In this document: one piece after another, positions 40,910 to 55,023 of the stretch | Layout of the letters: each line of letters starts with the position of its first letter | How positions within the stretch are numbered: the first letter of the stretch is position 1 | Assembly (NCBI RefSeq): GCF_000150275.1 | Contig: NW_002060947.1 | Span: 5,196,444-5,260,443 of the forward strand | Source of the DNA: Trichoplax adhaerens | Taxonomy: Eukaryota > Animalia > Placozoa | Direction: 5' to 3' | DNA length: 64,000 bases | The notes under the pieces: model-generated | What the model was told of the DNA's origin: nothing | Databases searched by the model: none | Seen by the model: only the letters and a program-made list of their open reading frames with translations | Position numbers and translations under genes: made by a program

Positions 40910-42777
40910 ATGATCGGATTGATATCGCGCTTGATCTTGACTCGATTGCCAAGGATAACTTTGAATCAAAATTCTCCTTATTACACATCTGCTTGTAGAA
41001 CTTTCCAACCATTAGCATCTCTACAGAGATCAATGTCGATCCAAGTAGATACACCCAATTTCAGGGCTATCATAACCGATGAGTTAAAACGAGTCATCCA
41101 ACTTTTCCAAGAAAATAATTATCAAATCAGATTAGTAGGAGGAGTTGTTAGGGATGTGCTCTTGGATAAGGTTGCCAAAGATATCGACTTAGGTAGGGCA
41201 AGCCATTCAATACTGCAGTGATCTTTACACTTTCATAATGGTACATTAAATTCAGATTGATCAAGATATAATTTGAATGACATTGCTGAATACAGTTCAT
41301 ATGAATTCCATACAATTTGAATAATCCAACGTTTTGTTAGACGTTAATGTACCATCAAGAGTAGGAGTGTAGCAATCATCAAGCCAAATCAAAATTATTT
41401 CCTACTGAGCTATCAGTAATTATATCATGACTCTTATGGTGTATTCATTTAATTTAGCAACCGATGCAACTCCTGATCAAATGATTGAAATCTTGAAAAA
41501 AAATGAAATCAAATATGTGGAAACAGGATTACAACATGGAACCATCACGGTTATTATTAATAAAGCTATTTTTGAAATTACTACTTTAAGGATAGACGCA
41601 ATAACAGATGGGCGTCATGCACAAGTAAGTACTTTACATTTACTTCAAATATGCCATATTGAAGAATAAAGCATCAACAAAACATCATAATAACATTCAA
41701 AATTTACTCCCAATCCAAGGTACAATTTACTAATGATTGGAGAATTGATGCTGAAAGAAGGGATTTAACTATCAATGCCATGTCTCTATCCATTGATGGC
41801 ACTTTATTTGATTACTTTAATGGACGAGAAGATCTTATCAATAGGCGAATAATTTTTGTAGGTAATACCAGGAAAAGGATACAAGAAGATTATCTTCGCA
41901 TTTTACGTTATTTTCGTTTCTATGGTCGAATAGCTGCTAATGCCGACAGTCATGATCCTGATATTCTGCAAGAAATTCGTCATACAGCTGCTGGACTCGA
42001 GAAAATCGCTTCGGAGCGGATTTGGATGGAGATGTCGAAAATATTAGTCGGAAATTTTGCCCCCGATCTCCTACGTCTCATGTATGATCTCGGTGTCGCT
42101 TCACATATCAGTAAGCCATTCAATACAGTATATCAACCAATGTTATCATATTTGATAGCTATACTATAGCATGAAAGATGTCCTTGACTAAGAACTGAAC
42201 TCTATGATAGAGTGTTATCGTTATATAACATATAGCATATAGTGCAAGGATTTATCAATTTTAACTTTAACTTTAGTAATTGTCAATCACAGATTTACCA
42301 AAAGACGGTAATGTTGAAGAATTTCAAGCGATATGGGATCGAATGCGAAATTATAAGCCCCAACCTGCTGTCTTACTCGCAAGCTTGGTGAATTCTGTAT
42401 CAAGCGCTGAAGCGCTAGCTAGGACGTGGAAGTTATCGAACGTGGAACGATTTTTGATGAAGTTTATAACTGGCAAGAGACAAAATCACTATACGATACT
42501 TAAGCAATATCAAGACTTACTATTTGACAAAGAAACCATGTCCAGAGATCATATCATTCAACTAATGTATTACAATGGTCATTCACAATTAGTGGATGAT
42601 ATTAATAATTGGGTAATTCCCAAATTTCCTATAGGTGGTAATGACTTAAAATCTTTAGGTCATAAGCCTGGACCTCAATTTAAAAGAACCCTGGATATGC
42701 TGAAAAAGCATTGGATGGATACCAATTATAAGACTACCAAAGAAGAGCTACTTATGTTGATCCAGTCTAACAAATGA
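40910..42777 (+). CDS. TRNT1: CCA tRNA nucleotidyltransferase (class II), 4 exons
   Basis: Exons 40910-41192, 41458-41624, 41720-42110 and 42293-42777. Motifs [16 protein letters not shown]|[55 protein letters not shown]. Confidence 0.96.
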
Positions 42778-43783
42778 TTCCCTATCCACCTACGATTGTC
42801 TAATTTATTGACACAATGCGTAATATCCATAAATTTACTCAGTAATTCATGAAACCCTGCACCAAATGTGTTGTACAAAAGGATTAATTTAACTATCGGA
42901 AATCTTTACTGCGTAAACTTTCCTCAATATTATACTTGATGAGCTTACTGAAGTATTAATGATCAAATGTGTTACTTTAAGTAAAAGAGAGGTACTTGTC
43001 TACCTTGCATATAAGGTACATAAGTAGCTGACGAGTTATTCTTAATAGGATGTCATTTCTCTAAGCCTGATAATCTAATTTTTTTAATATTTTAATTATA
43101 TTTGTTTCTAAAAAATTAATCTCTGTATTGATGTTTGCTGAAATGGCTTGATATTGGTACACATTCTAATCAGAAGTATTTTATTCCTTACGATGAGAAA
43201 ATTTCTTTCATAAAGCTGAAAATTTATTCGTGTAAAAATTCATATTGCTGAGCTCTCAAATGTTGATATTAGTAGCTAAAAAATGACCACTATTGAACAA
43301 CGATAACCGATTAATGCTATGTTGCCAGTGCCACAGGGTTATTTTTCTAGACTCAATTAAACATAAACTGTTGTTCATTAATAATACATGATATCAAAAT
43401 GACATTCTTCACCACAGAGATGAAGACAAAAACCTAAATTATTTTATTTATCTCTGTACTTATCGAGTTGTATAAAATTTGTTGAATAGTAGAAATATAT
43501 TAGTTGCTTTCCGAACGGCGTGGATAGTATTACAATTACTAATGTGTCTGTAGTGATAATGATAAAAATAGTTAGTCTAAGATCTGAATAGAGTTATTAC
43601 GAAATTATGTCGTTATCCTAACAAATTAAGTTACCAACAAAGATGTGCTACATTTCCATTAGCTTGATCTTCAAAATCGCATGTGTATAATTGAATTCTT
43701 GCTAATTGATATCGTTTAAAAATAGAGATCTGACTACGATTATTCAATGATGCCACCTAGATCAGTAGTTATTGCAGTTATTT

Positions 43784-46700
43784 TTACATATTAACATCAA
43801 TTGCCGCAATATCTTGGTTAAGGCTATGAATAAGCTCTGCGCTACTCTCGCTCTTGGATTTTAGCTTCTCTGGATTAACTGCAGCTAGAAAATGCACTTC
43901 CCCATTGCTGCATCCTACAGAAATCTGGCTACCATCTTCGCTCATATCGAAGCAAGTAATATCTGTTCCGTGAATAGATGCTTTGCCAATAGATTTTCTT
44001 GATATTAGATTAATTACCTGCAGTGCTCGATTGCTGACACCTCCAAGCATCCATCCCATTAAGGATATATTATTGGCTAGAAAGCCGGAACCTCGCCAGA
44101 CTTTGCTATAGATACCGGGTAGGGTCCGTTTATGTTGTAATCTACCGGTTAGACTAACTGCATGAACGACTCCTTCAGATATTTTTTCCTCTTTAAATGA
44201 CGTTACATCTGCTGTAGTCGAATTTTGCCAATAAATTACGGGTTGGGTATTAACTAAAGTGATGAAATGATGCTTCGTCAGGCAGCGTTTATCGGTTGAA
44301 ATTGTTTTCAGTTTACGTTGAGTTTTGTAATCCCAAGTGGTAATTTGAGGAACTCCATACAACCAACCGGCAACGTTATCACTTGTCGAATGGACATGAA
44401 TTGTTGCTAGTTGACTACAGTTATCTGATAATGTAGCTGCTATGACCTTTAAAAATGTATCATATGAAGTATAATTAAAGATTTATTCATTACATTAACG
44501 GCTAGATAAATTTTACAAACTGTTATGTACGAAATAAGACAAATTACTGCCACTTCATAAAATTAGAAGTGTTTGAATATTATACTGTAACTTTATTTGT
44601 ATATGCAGAACATACCTTGTCAGTGATTTCATGTCTAAATTCAACGGTACTAGGTTCTGGAAAATTTGGAGGTGTCCTCGATAATGTCCATTCTCCTAAG
44701 ACCGCATTGTCAGCAAGTACAGCTGCGATAACCACATTTGGTAGAGATTCACGGATAAAAATTGTACACAATCCTAAACGATTGAAAACGGTCCATAGAT
44801 GCTTTCTTCCAGCATATGGCAATATGCTATTCAACGAAAAAACCATAAAATTAATCAATTTTAAAACATTATGTAAGCTAAATCATTTCATTACAATTAA
44901 ATTTATGTAAGTGATTAGAATTAGGCGCTACAACAAGGCAAACTTCAATTTAATCATGTTATTACTGACCAATGTTTACTTCTAGAGGTATCTTCGCGCA
45001 ATGAGGTAATCAACCAGATTTCTATACCATCATCTGATATACCCGCTAAGAAATCATCCTTTGGAGAATAGCATACAGGCAGTACAATTTCTAATAAAAC
45101 AGAACAGAAATCAAAGCTTGATTATTAAATAAGATAACGATTTATCTCAAGCCTAATGTTACATGCCCTTCTATCAATGTCATTAAAGCTCATATTTAGC
45201 TGAAATCCTACTAGCCATCCTCAAATAATAACTTTAGAAAGTTAATCCTGCAATGCCGTTATTCATATTTGTTACCTGAATTAGTATCGGCAATTAATGA
45301 TGCCTTCAGCTTAGGCGGCTGCGTTTCCCATAGCCATAGATGCTGATCGCGAGTGCTTGTAACAAGTATATTGCCTTTGTGCGATAATAGACAGCGTTCC
45401 ACTGAATTTTTATGCACCTAAATTGGCACAAAATAGGCACATCAATGAACATTAAGTTAAAGCTGTTCGATAGGAGTCTATTTACGCTTTAAACATAATG
45501 TCGGATAAGGTAGATTCAAGTTGAAAGAAATTAGTAATGTCGACATACGGGCTGCTTAAATTCTTCAGCACTGGTAGGCACAATACAACTACCATCCCAT
45601 AGCCTTACTGAGCCATCCTTTGAAGATGTTGCTAATACGGTCGATTCAATATTGCCAGGGTCATAAACAATTGCACAAGAAGTAATCTCCATGGCATGAC
45701 CTTTTAAAGCAGCTCTACTTATACTATTTTGCTTATTGAGGATGATAAGCTATAGCAGAGACAATGAATGACATAAAAGCATGCTTTAAAAGTAGGCTTG
45801 AACATTGATCTTATTCATTACGATAGAAAATATTGATTATGTAATTGATAAATAGGAGAGAATTAAGCGTTAAACTAATTTTCAAGCTAATTTCAGAGGT
45901 TATAAAATAATCTATTAATAGTGTAGATTTAAGAAGGTAAATCTTAGTTATAAAAAGACAATTAAGGTTTAGCTGCTTACTTGCAGTTCTCGGCTATTGG
46001 TGCGATTTGGAGTGGCAATATAATCCAAATTTAACGAGAAAGAAATAAATCGATGATCGCTAGCGCAATTTAAGGTCAACTTTTGACCAATACGTTTCCC
46101 TTTAAAAAATGTATGATATGACAATTTTAGCAAAATCTGATCATAAAATAGTGTTGTAATTAATTGCTTTAAATTTATCAGTACATTTGAAGCAAAACCT
46201 TGATATTGTGAGAACTATAATAATTTTAAAACTACCAATACCGTAGTAGAATAAACTTACCATTACTAACATGCCAAATGTAAGTTCCGTCCGGTAAGAC
46301 AGCTGCAACTCTTTTGGAATCTCTCGATAATCGAATAACTGCGTTTGTAGCTTCACTATCATACAGCTTATCTGTCGCTAACTTCCTAATTTCCTATCAA
46401 AATTTATTAATAAATTGAAAAATCATTAAATTACATTATCTGATCGTGGATAATGATAGTAAAGGAGGTAAAGTTTGATTATCGACATTAAATGCGCAAT
46501 TTACTACCAGAATTTAATACTGCTAACCTTAAATTTAGACAAACTATATAGAAATACTTTATTGGTTATAATAGCTAATGTCTTTCCGTCGTGAGAGAAG
46601 CAACTTGACTTCGGCCGAAACTATAGAGCAGATAAAAAGGATTAAGAACTCTACTTAAGAACTTCAAACCACAACAATTTTATCTCTATATGAAAATAGT

Positions 46701-49700
46701 ATTACCTGTAAATCTTTCTTTTCTACTACTTTCCCGCTATTTGGATTGAATACTTTTAAGGTATTCTTCTCTATTAGTGATATTCTGGTCTGCAACAATA
46801 ACGATAATGAAATTGACTAGTATCTCGGCTAAGCAAAAGTGGTAGCGGACGTCTTTAGTATTACTAACAACCATTCAAGCATTATTTTCAATATTAAAAC
46901 TTACTTGTGCACTTGTTTTACCGGATATGAATATCTGCGATGCTTGGGTAAAGGCACAGGGAATTCTTTTAATTATTTGACCTAAAAATAGATACAATAA
47001 TAATAATTATGGCCAAGTTACGGAGATAAATCATTTAACAATGTTAATATTTTTAATAAACTCAGTGATATTGGTACATTTAGAATGAAGAGCCTCTAAA
47101 CAGACCCTCTGATTCTCTATTTAATCCAAAAATGATAATTTCATCCGTATCCCATGCAGTTATCCAGTCACAATGAGGTGGAAAAGCAACTGTTTTAATG
47201 CTTGGATGCTTGATTTTCATTAGTAATGATCCACTTACAACCTACATATTCACACATACGCGTATGTATCCAAAATTATTAAAATGCAGTAATACAGCTA
47301 TTCAACTCTGAAATTTTAATTAGGATACATCATAGAGGTGATAGTAAAATATAATATATTGCAATGCTACGAGTTTCAAGGCATAATTAAAGGATTTTAT
47401 TTGTGAAGTATTCAATAAGTATTATCGCATTCAACCTACCTGCCATACTCTTAAGATATTGTCATGACAAAATGTTGCCAAATATTTACAATCATCAGAA
47501 AATTGGCAGAATAAAGTCGATTCAGGATGTTCTAATAGTGCTATTTCTGCTGACATGGTCTGCGACTTAACTTGATCAATATAATATCGCTGAATGTTAA
47601 ATTTATCATTCTTTTCTATAAATACATTAAAATGTATAGCAAATAATTAGATAAAAAATAATTGACATCGCAAGTTGTAAGAGATCTATTTTAATAGAAA
47701 TAAACATTGTAGACAAAACTATCAGTGTTCAACAGCTACTATAACCTAAGATACTAGGCACAAGTACTGAAGTAATGGCAGCAATATTTTATTAACTGAT
47801 CTTGGGATAAATTTTAATTTACTACAATCTTGCACTCTAACGTACAATTTAAACTATTCTCGTACAACCTTGGATCGTAATGTAAGCTATATTTGGGGCT
47901 GAACTACATTAGCCTTCAAGAAAATTTAAATTTTTTAGAATTTACACTAGAGAATAGCTATAATAATATAAACTATCATTAACAACGGTGTATTGTAATT
48001 CGATTAAAACGTAAAATTATTACAGGTAGAGTACGCTTACCTTTCCGCCTTTTATTTCGCATATAGTTCTAGCATAGAAATATAAAAATTAAATACGGAG
48101 CAATCTCATATACAATTTATAACTTAGAGAGTATCAATTTATTCAAAGTAAATCGAATCTACTTGGTGTAGAATTTGGATGAAATGCATACCACAGCTAG
48201 TTTGAAAATAGTGGAATCATCTGGCTGATTGAGAGCCTCTTGAATCAGCATATCAGGATGGTCTTGCAGTGTATTCGTGCATGAACGGATAAATTTATAA
48301 CAATTATCGAGCTTTGGATTATCGCCAGCAAACAAGGAAGCCTGGTAATAAATAGGAAGTTGATAGTCAATTAAATTCAGGCGCAATTAGGCAAAATATT
48401 TTAAATGCTAGTTTTCGCTAAAATGCAGTATTAACCTGAGATAATTCTAAGCATAATTCAAAGACTCTGCCGGATCTGCATTTTGCTTCTAGCCATTCTA
48501 GATCGCACATAATCTATGGAAAATTAAATTAAGTAAGCGGTTGTTAATTATAAAATTAATGCACTTTTTACGCTATAAAATTAAAATAAATCAACAGTAG
48601 GATCCCTATACCTTTTCTGCATCATTCCAGCGCTTAGATTCAATAAGATGATGTGCTAATTCACTTAATTTTCGATGATTATAATTCACAGTAGCCGACT
48701 TTATCTGCAAAGTTTGAGATTTTTTATCGCTTTCCTCATCTTCATCTTCAGCACTAAATATCGTTGGTTGCTCCGGGACCATTCGGTATGCTACACAGAA
48801 TTCGCCAGTCTTTTCATTTTTAAATGGTTTGGCCGTATTTGACCATCTAAATATAAAATTATTATAAGTTTCTATCAGTAATTTTCTTGTTGTATCATAC
48901 TTAAATGAGCCGTCAAATAGTGCGCGGAATGGTAATTGAATTAAAGTTATGAACGCCATACTAAATTGGCTTGACTTAGAGCAATATACGCGTATATTAT
49001 TAATTGTAAATTCTTCGTATTTAATAATATTATAAGTTCCTGCGGCTTTAATTTCAGGTAGCATACGCCCAATACTAATTTATTTAACGCTGTATGAGTT
49101 TTAGCCCCTAAATTCTCTGAATATGTTTGATACAAGTTTTGGAGCATTTATTACATAGACTAAAAAATTTCTCTTCAAAGTAATGACGTAAATTATCACC
49201 ATTATTGAATACAGACACTAAATATTAAGATATACGAAAGGACAACCCCTTACTCTTAACGAGATTTAATAAGCGGCAAAACAGCAACTTATACGTTATT
49301 TGCATTTACATTCTCGATGACTACTAACCTTCCAATGAAATAATCAACCAACATCCCATGAATTTCCTCTTTAAATTCAACATTGCCAAGAAAGTATTCT
49401 TCAGCAACCTCTCGAAATTGTCGATGATACCATGAATAGACTACCACGCCATCTGCACCTCTCTCAGCTAGATAATCACCTAGATTTCAAAAAATAAGCG
49501 ATTCTCATTTATATTTTTAATCTAGTACGGATCTAAATGTATTGCTAAGCAACAAATTTAAAGACCAGCTTTCTATGCAATTTGTGATTATACCCCCTTC
49601 AAAGAACAGGCTACTGATAAAAAAATGATTAGAACGGATCCACATCATGATATGAAACTTCGAAAATATAATATTCGATTGCCATGTTTTATACAATCCA

Positions 49701-52700
49701 AATATACTGGTACTGTATGACGATTGCAACAAATAAATAAACACATATATACGTGTTTTAAAGGGTAAGAAGAAATCTTACCTAAATCATTACGCAGTCG
49801 CGTCCAAAGTAGTGTAGGTAATCGTCTTAAGGGAGGAATATGAAACTGAAAGACATCCCTTAAAGCTTCTTCATCGCACGAAAGTAAATCTTCTAACTCT
49901 GTGGACGATAAACCGTTTTTACTGGCCGTTATGTAGCCGAGAGCTCGTTTGACGAATAATGTCCCATGAACCTGATTTAACCTGGAAAACGCCCACCACA
50001 GCAATAAAGTTTACTCATCGACGGAGGATACTGTATATCATCAATATTATCTATTGTACCTTTCAAAAAACTGCTTAATAATTTCTCTAGGAGTTGGAGC
50101 TAATTTCATTTCCGATTCAGGTGTATATGATTTCCATCGCTGTGCTGCTGAGCAAGCAAGCTTAAGGTATAATGGAGTTGGTGTACTACAGGCCTTTAGA
50201 ATGAAATTTCTTTGTGCAGTAGTTAATTTCCTAAATTAGATTACAGTTATTACACAATGAGATCTTCCAACATTAGCATTGTCAGCAACGATCGAATTCG
50301 ATATTCCTATACAGATGCCATCAAGTATGATCTAAGTTAACAGAAGCTGATTGTACTTTACCAGAATAACTACATCTTTCAAAAATTACTTAAAATAAAT
50401 CAGTTCGAATTTCAAGTCTTTACCTGCCCAGTGATTTTAGCAAAAACTCAATAATTTCTGTTGTATCATCTTTACTTAAGGTTTGAATCTATAACGAAAT
50501 GATTAAAATTACAGAATTCAATAATTATTATAAAGGAAAATTATTTATAAATTATATTTAAGCATGGAAAGCAAGTCAGTGTAACTAATATGTGCCGTAT
50601 TGACTTTCTAAGATCTTACTTCAACATAATAGTCTTTAGTAGGGTATAGAAAATCTAGACTTTGTAAGCAAATGCCAGGTAAGGCACTAAGGACAATGTA
50701 AACATTATCTGGTAAATTTCGCGGGAGCCAAACTAAAGAATGAGCTTCATCTTCGTCATTTAATTGATCCAGAGAGTCTAGAAATATAACTGTAGAAATA
50801 GTAGAAGCGATCTGTTTTGATTACAACGAATAATTATTGATTTACATGAAAGGCTGAAATAATCCTATGCTCTAATCATCTTCCGATTCATAAGCCTAAC
50901 AGAACTTCTGATATCGTAATTAATAGATTACCTAAAGGCTTATTAGACCTTGGACATATCACAAGCAAATCATGGAATTTCTTAGTCACTGATCGGAAAT
51001 CCTTTCGTATTGATTTTACATCTTTATTGTAAAATATAGCAATCTATAAAGTCGCAAAGAGAAGCAATCTCGAATTAATCATTCATTATTGGCTTCGAAA
51101 TTTCTGTAGAGATCCTGCAACGAATTTACAATCACAATTGGTTGCTGTTTGCATTATCCTATACCTTACCTGCTGGCATAAACTATATAACAGTTCTCGG
51201 ACATTTGATGAAGCTGGTGTTATACCAATGCATCGAATGCAGCATAAACCCCTATATTAATAATATAAAGAAGTATTGAATCTTAACTTTTTCCAAGTTC
51301 TATCTTTAGCGTAACTTTTACTATTCACTTACTTGTATTCAGGTTCTTTATGGGTTTGTAGAAATTCTCTGAAAACATGAGCCATTATAGAAGTTTTACC
51401 AGTGCCAGAAATGCCATGAACAACTAATGGCTATTTCAAATTATAGGAAAGCGTAATTGTCTTTCAATATAGCATTTTGCAGTAGCTTAACATTAAGACC
51501 TGAATTACTAGGTTCAGTAATAAACTTACCACATTAGGGGATTTTCGTCCCAAATACTCCTGAATCTGTTAGACCAATGTTTTTATTAAACACAAAACAT
51601 ACCCGTAAAAAATAATTACTCAGTAAGTTCTTCCTTAAAATCTTTTCTTTTATTAGAATATATCCACTTTATCACTTTACCTTGTTCGTATATGCAGATC
51701 TACCTACAAATGATTTCGAACGCTCAAGACAAAAGATACTATGCCTAAGGATTTCCGTGTAGATTCCTTCCTCGATTTTAATAGATGAAGCGGCAACTAT
51801 GTACGTTATAAATAGAAATTATAAGTCAATAAAGATTAGTCTATCAGCAAAATATTCAGAAATATTAAATACGTCTGCTATTATGATAATTTTAAATGCA
51901 AGTCGCGATATTAATTCTGTTCGGAGGCAAATATGTACAGTTATTATCTCCATAAATAGCTATCGTAAAATTTCAAATTATTGCTTAATTTATCACGGTT
52001 AGGCTTTTATTGTAAAGAAGTGCGAAGTAATAAATAGCTCTAAATTGAGTTACACAAGTGTTTGTCAATAACTGGAATAGCACTACTAATAATGTTACTA
52101 AAATAGACGACTTACATTTGATTATGGAATCAGTCATAAATTCGCAAAATCTATCGGCACATTCCATTACGGCCTTTTTATTGGTTTTATAGCTTAATGC
52201 AACGGTATCTTCGTCCAAAGTGAATTCGTAACTTTATTGTTTTACGCATAAAAAGGGATAACATAGAGGAGGTAAGATTAGCAAGTTATGTTATTTAGTT
52301 GTATCTAGTTTCAAAATCAATGAAATCTGCTTAATTAATCTAACAAATTGCAGCAAAGCAGTAATTTTAAAGCTGTATGTTTGCTATCATGTATTAAAAT
52401 GGAGGCTAAACAGTTGAAGAAATCGATTTGAGTGCTAAAATCAAGCTGCAGCTATGCAGTAATTTCATCGTAATCATAAGTATAGAAATTGAAAGTTTTG
52501 TTTATTTCTAGAATTGAAAATTTACAACACACTTGAATGTAACTTATACAATGAATGTAAGCAATTTGATAAATGAAATACTAGTCTACATTCTAACCTA
52601 TATTTTTGTTCTCTTGGTAATTTAAAGTCGATAAATTCTTTTAACTGCTGTAGTCGTGTAGTTGCGTCTGTATCCACTTTGCCATCATTCATATCAATAA

Positions 52701-55023
52701 AAAACCTAGATTCTGATTTACTAGTATCTAAGTTGGTAATTGCACGATTGAAGTAAAATCTGCCAGGACGATTTGGACTATCTTCGCTTTGCAAGCCACC
52801 ACGGACTTCATTTTCAGTGATAGATATAAAAAACTGTTTTCTATCATCTTCAGACATTTCACATGCTTTTGCAGCTGATCTAAAAACCTTCTGCATTTGA
52901 TTAAAATCTTCATTCCATGCAGCCCAATCTGATTTAACACCTTTATTATAGCCTGCATAATGGCTCGAGATAGGTTGAAGTACATATTCTGGCTCAAGAG
53001 CAGACTCATCTAGCTTGAACCATTTCTTCAAAAGATTTACTTCTCTAATACTGTTTGAAGAATAATCTTGAGTATATTTAACTATATTTTCAAATAAAGC
53101 TTGTTTAATTTTAGAAGGAAAAGGCCGATAGCCATATTTACGGCTAATAATCCCCAAAAAATAAGGTCCAGCAGAAGTATCTCTATTGTATAGATGAAAA
53201 ATTTACATTTTTCGAAAGGAAAATACAAGAATTTGAAATGGACGCAATTTATTCATATTCACTGTTTCACAAAGAACTATATATAGCTTCAGCCGAAGCA
53301 ATCAATAGTACTTGTCAAATCTAGCAATCATAGAATTAAATTATCAAAATCACCTGCATCGTACAAGCTCACTATTGCATATGTCTGTCGTTTCATGTTC
53401 ATCTGTAGCTCCTTCACGAACTCCCCAACGTAAATCGACGACATTAAAAAAGTAGCCAACTTTACGATAATATTGGCGTAAATAAGGATAGACATCGTCG
53501 ATAAAGAAATCACGTTCGACTTTAGTATCGGTAAATGTTGAACTAATAAAGATCCAAACGTCGGTATTAAGGATAGATTTAACTTGCGTCTCTGGAATAT
53601 CACCTTTGAGGATGGCATGATAAAAGCTTTTTTCGAGTCTCTAAATTATAAGATTGCAATAACATTATGAAGCAGATGAAGAATGAGTCTTGTGCAGCTT
53701 ATTACAATTAGATGATATTTTCAGTCGTTAATAGCATATATGCACAAATTGAATCGCTTTTAGGGAAGGAAATCGAATCAAGGCCGTATTATAAGTCGTC
53801 AAGAAAAACTAAAGAAGTTTTTACACTTAGAGTGGCATAGTATTTATTGCCTATAGGTGCATTTCTAGCGAACTCAGTCCATTAAAGTTAATAAGGAAGT
53901 TGAAATTAAAGTAAGATGAATTAGAGTAAATATGTATTATCAGCCTAATAATTAGATCTTAAAAGATATTTAACTATTAACTATATGCGCGTACTCGTAT
54001 GCATAAATTGAATCATTGTTTCAACTTAGTTTCATTTATTACTATTTATAAAGAGCGAAGAGTAGGTCAGATTGGTTTACATATTCAAACTTATAGATAT
54101 TCATACCTAAAACTAACAACAAATATTAAACTTTATAACAAGACAAGTACATAATTATGTTAATTGGTATGAATTAAATTAAAATGATAGCAGATTTATG
54201 ACTTTCACCCTTATTCTTTTGAGCTTTATTCATACTGACAGATACAGTACTGGAAATATTTATGCTTCTATAACTTGATCGCCAAATTTCAACTCTATTT
54301 ATATGTTAATTTACATCTTACAACGTATGAGTTCAAATTTATTTGATTAGCGTGGTTTCATGGAGCATGCTAGAGACTTAGAGTCTTTAATCCTCATTAA
54401 TTACTGGTGGAACTCTCACTCGCGATACTTTGCGTACTGTGCTTCTACTTCTACTTTATATTTATTAATATAGAACTACTGAGTTATGTGTATGATATAG
54501 TAAGTCAAAGTTATACTTGATTACAACCATTAAATATAAATTTACATTTACTATCCATAATCTCTCAATTTTACAATGTTACACTCAATAACTAAGGTTT
54601 ATCGTAGTTTGTTATCAAATATGTAATAAAGCCGTTTATTATAATACTAATAATTATAATCAATTCTTTAATTACATTATAGTTTCGTGACAGAGTGATT
54701 AATTTTATTATGCTATGCACATCTACTTAATTAAACTCATTACGAGATCTTACTTTATTTTGGGAACATTTCTTTCTTGCTGCATCTGCATCTCTTACTG
54801 CCGAAGCTAGCTTTTCTTTCCAGGGTGATCGATTGGCTCTTAGCTCCAAATTGTGGATGGAATTAGCGATTTTGTAGTGTTTTACTTTTTCCCATACATT
54901 ATTTTTATTTTTTGAGAAATTGTTAGCGCCACTTGAATTTTGCTTCTTTGTGGCTACAGTAAGAGCTTGTACCCATTTATCTTCATTATTTTTGCTATTA
55001 GATATGGTAGCACTGTTTCCCAT
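43784..55023 (-). CDS. NACHT and WD40 repeat protein (NWD1/NWD2-like; DUF4062-NACHT-WD40 STAND NTPase), multi-exon
   Basis: ATG 55023 MGNSAT. DUF4062-like WIFISSTFTDTKVERD..VDLRWGV..AGPYFLGIISRKYGYRPFP. Walker A VHGISGTGKTSIMA (about 51390-51430) and Walker B IFLDSLDQL (about 50760-50790). RALGYITASKNGLSSTELEDLLS..RRLPTLLWTRL, YSWYHRQF. WD40 LKGHAMEITSC..LATSSKDGSVRLWD and IHGTDITCFDMSEDGSQISVGCSNGEV. Stop at 43784. Confidence 0.88.
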
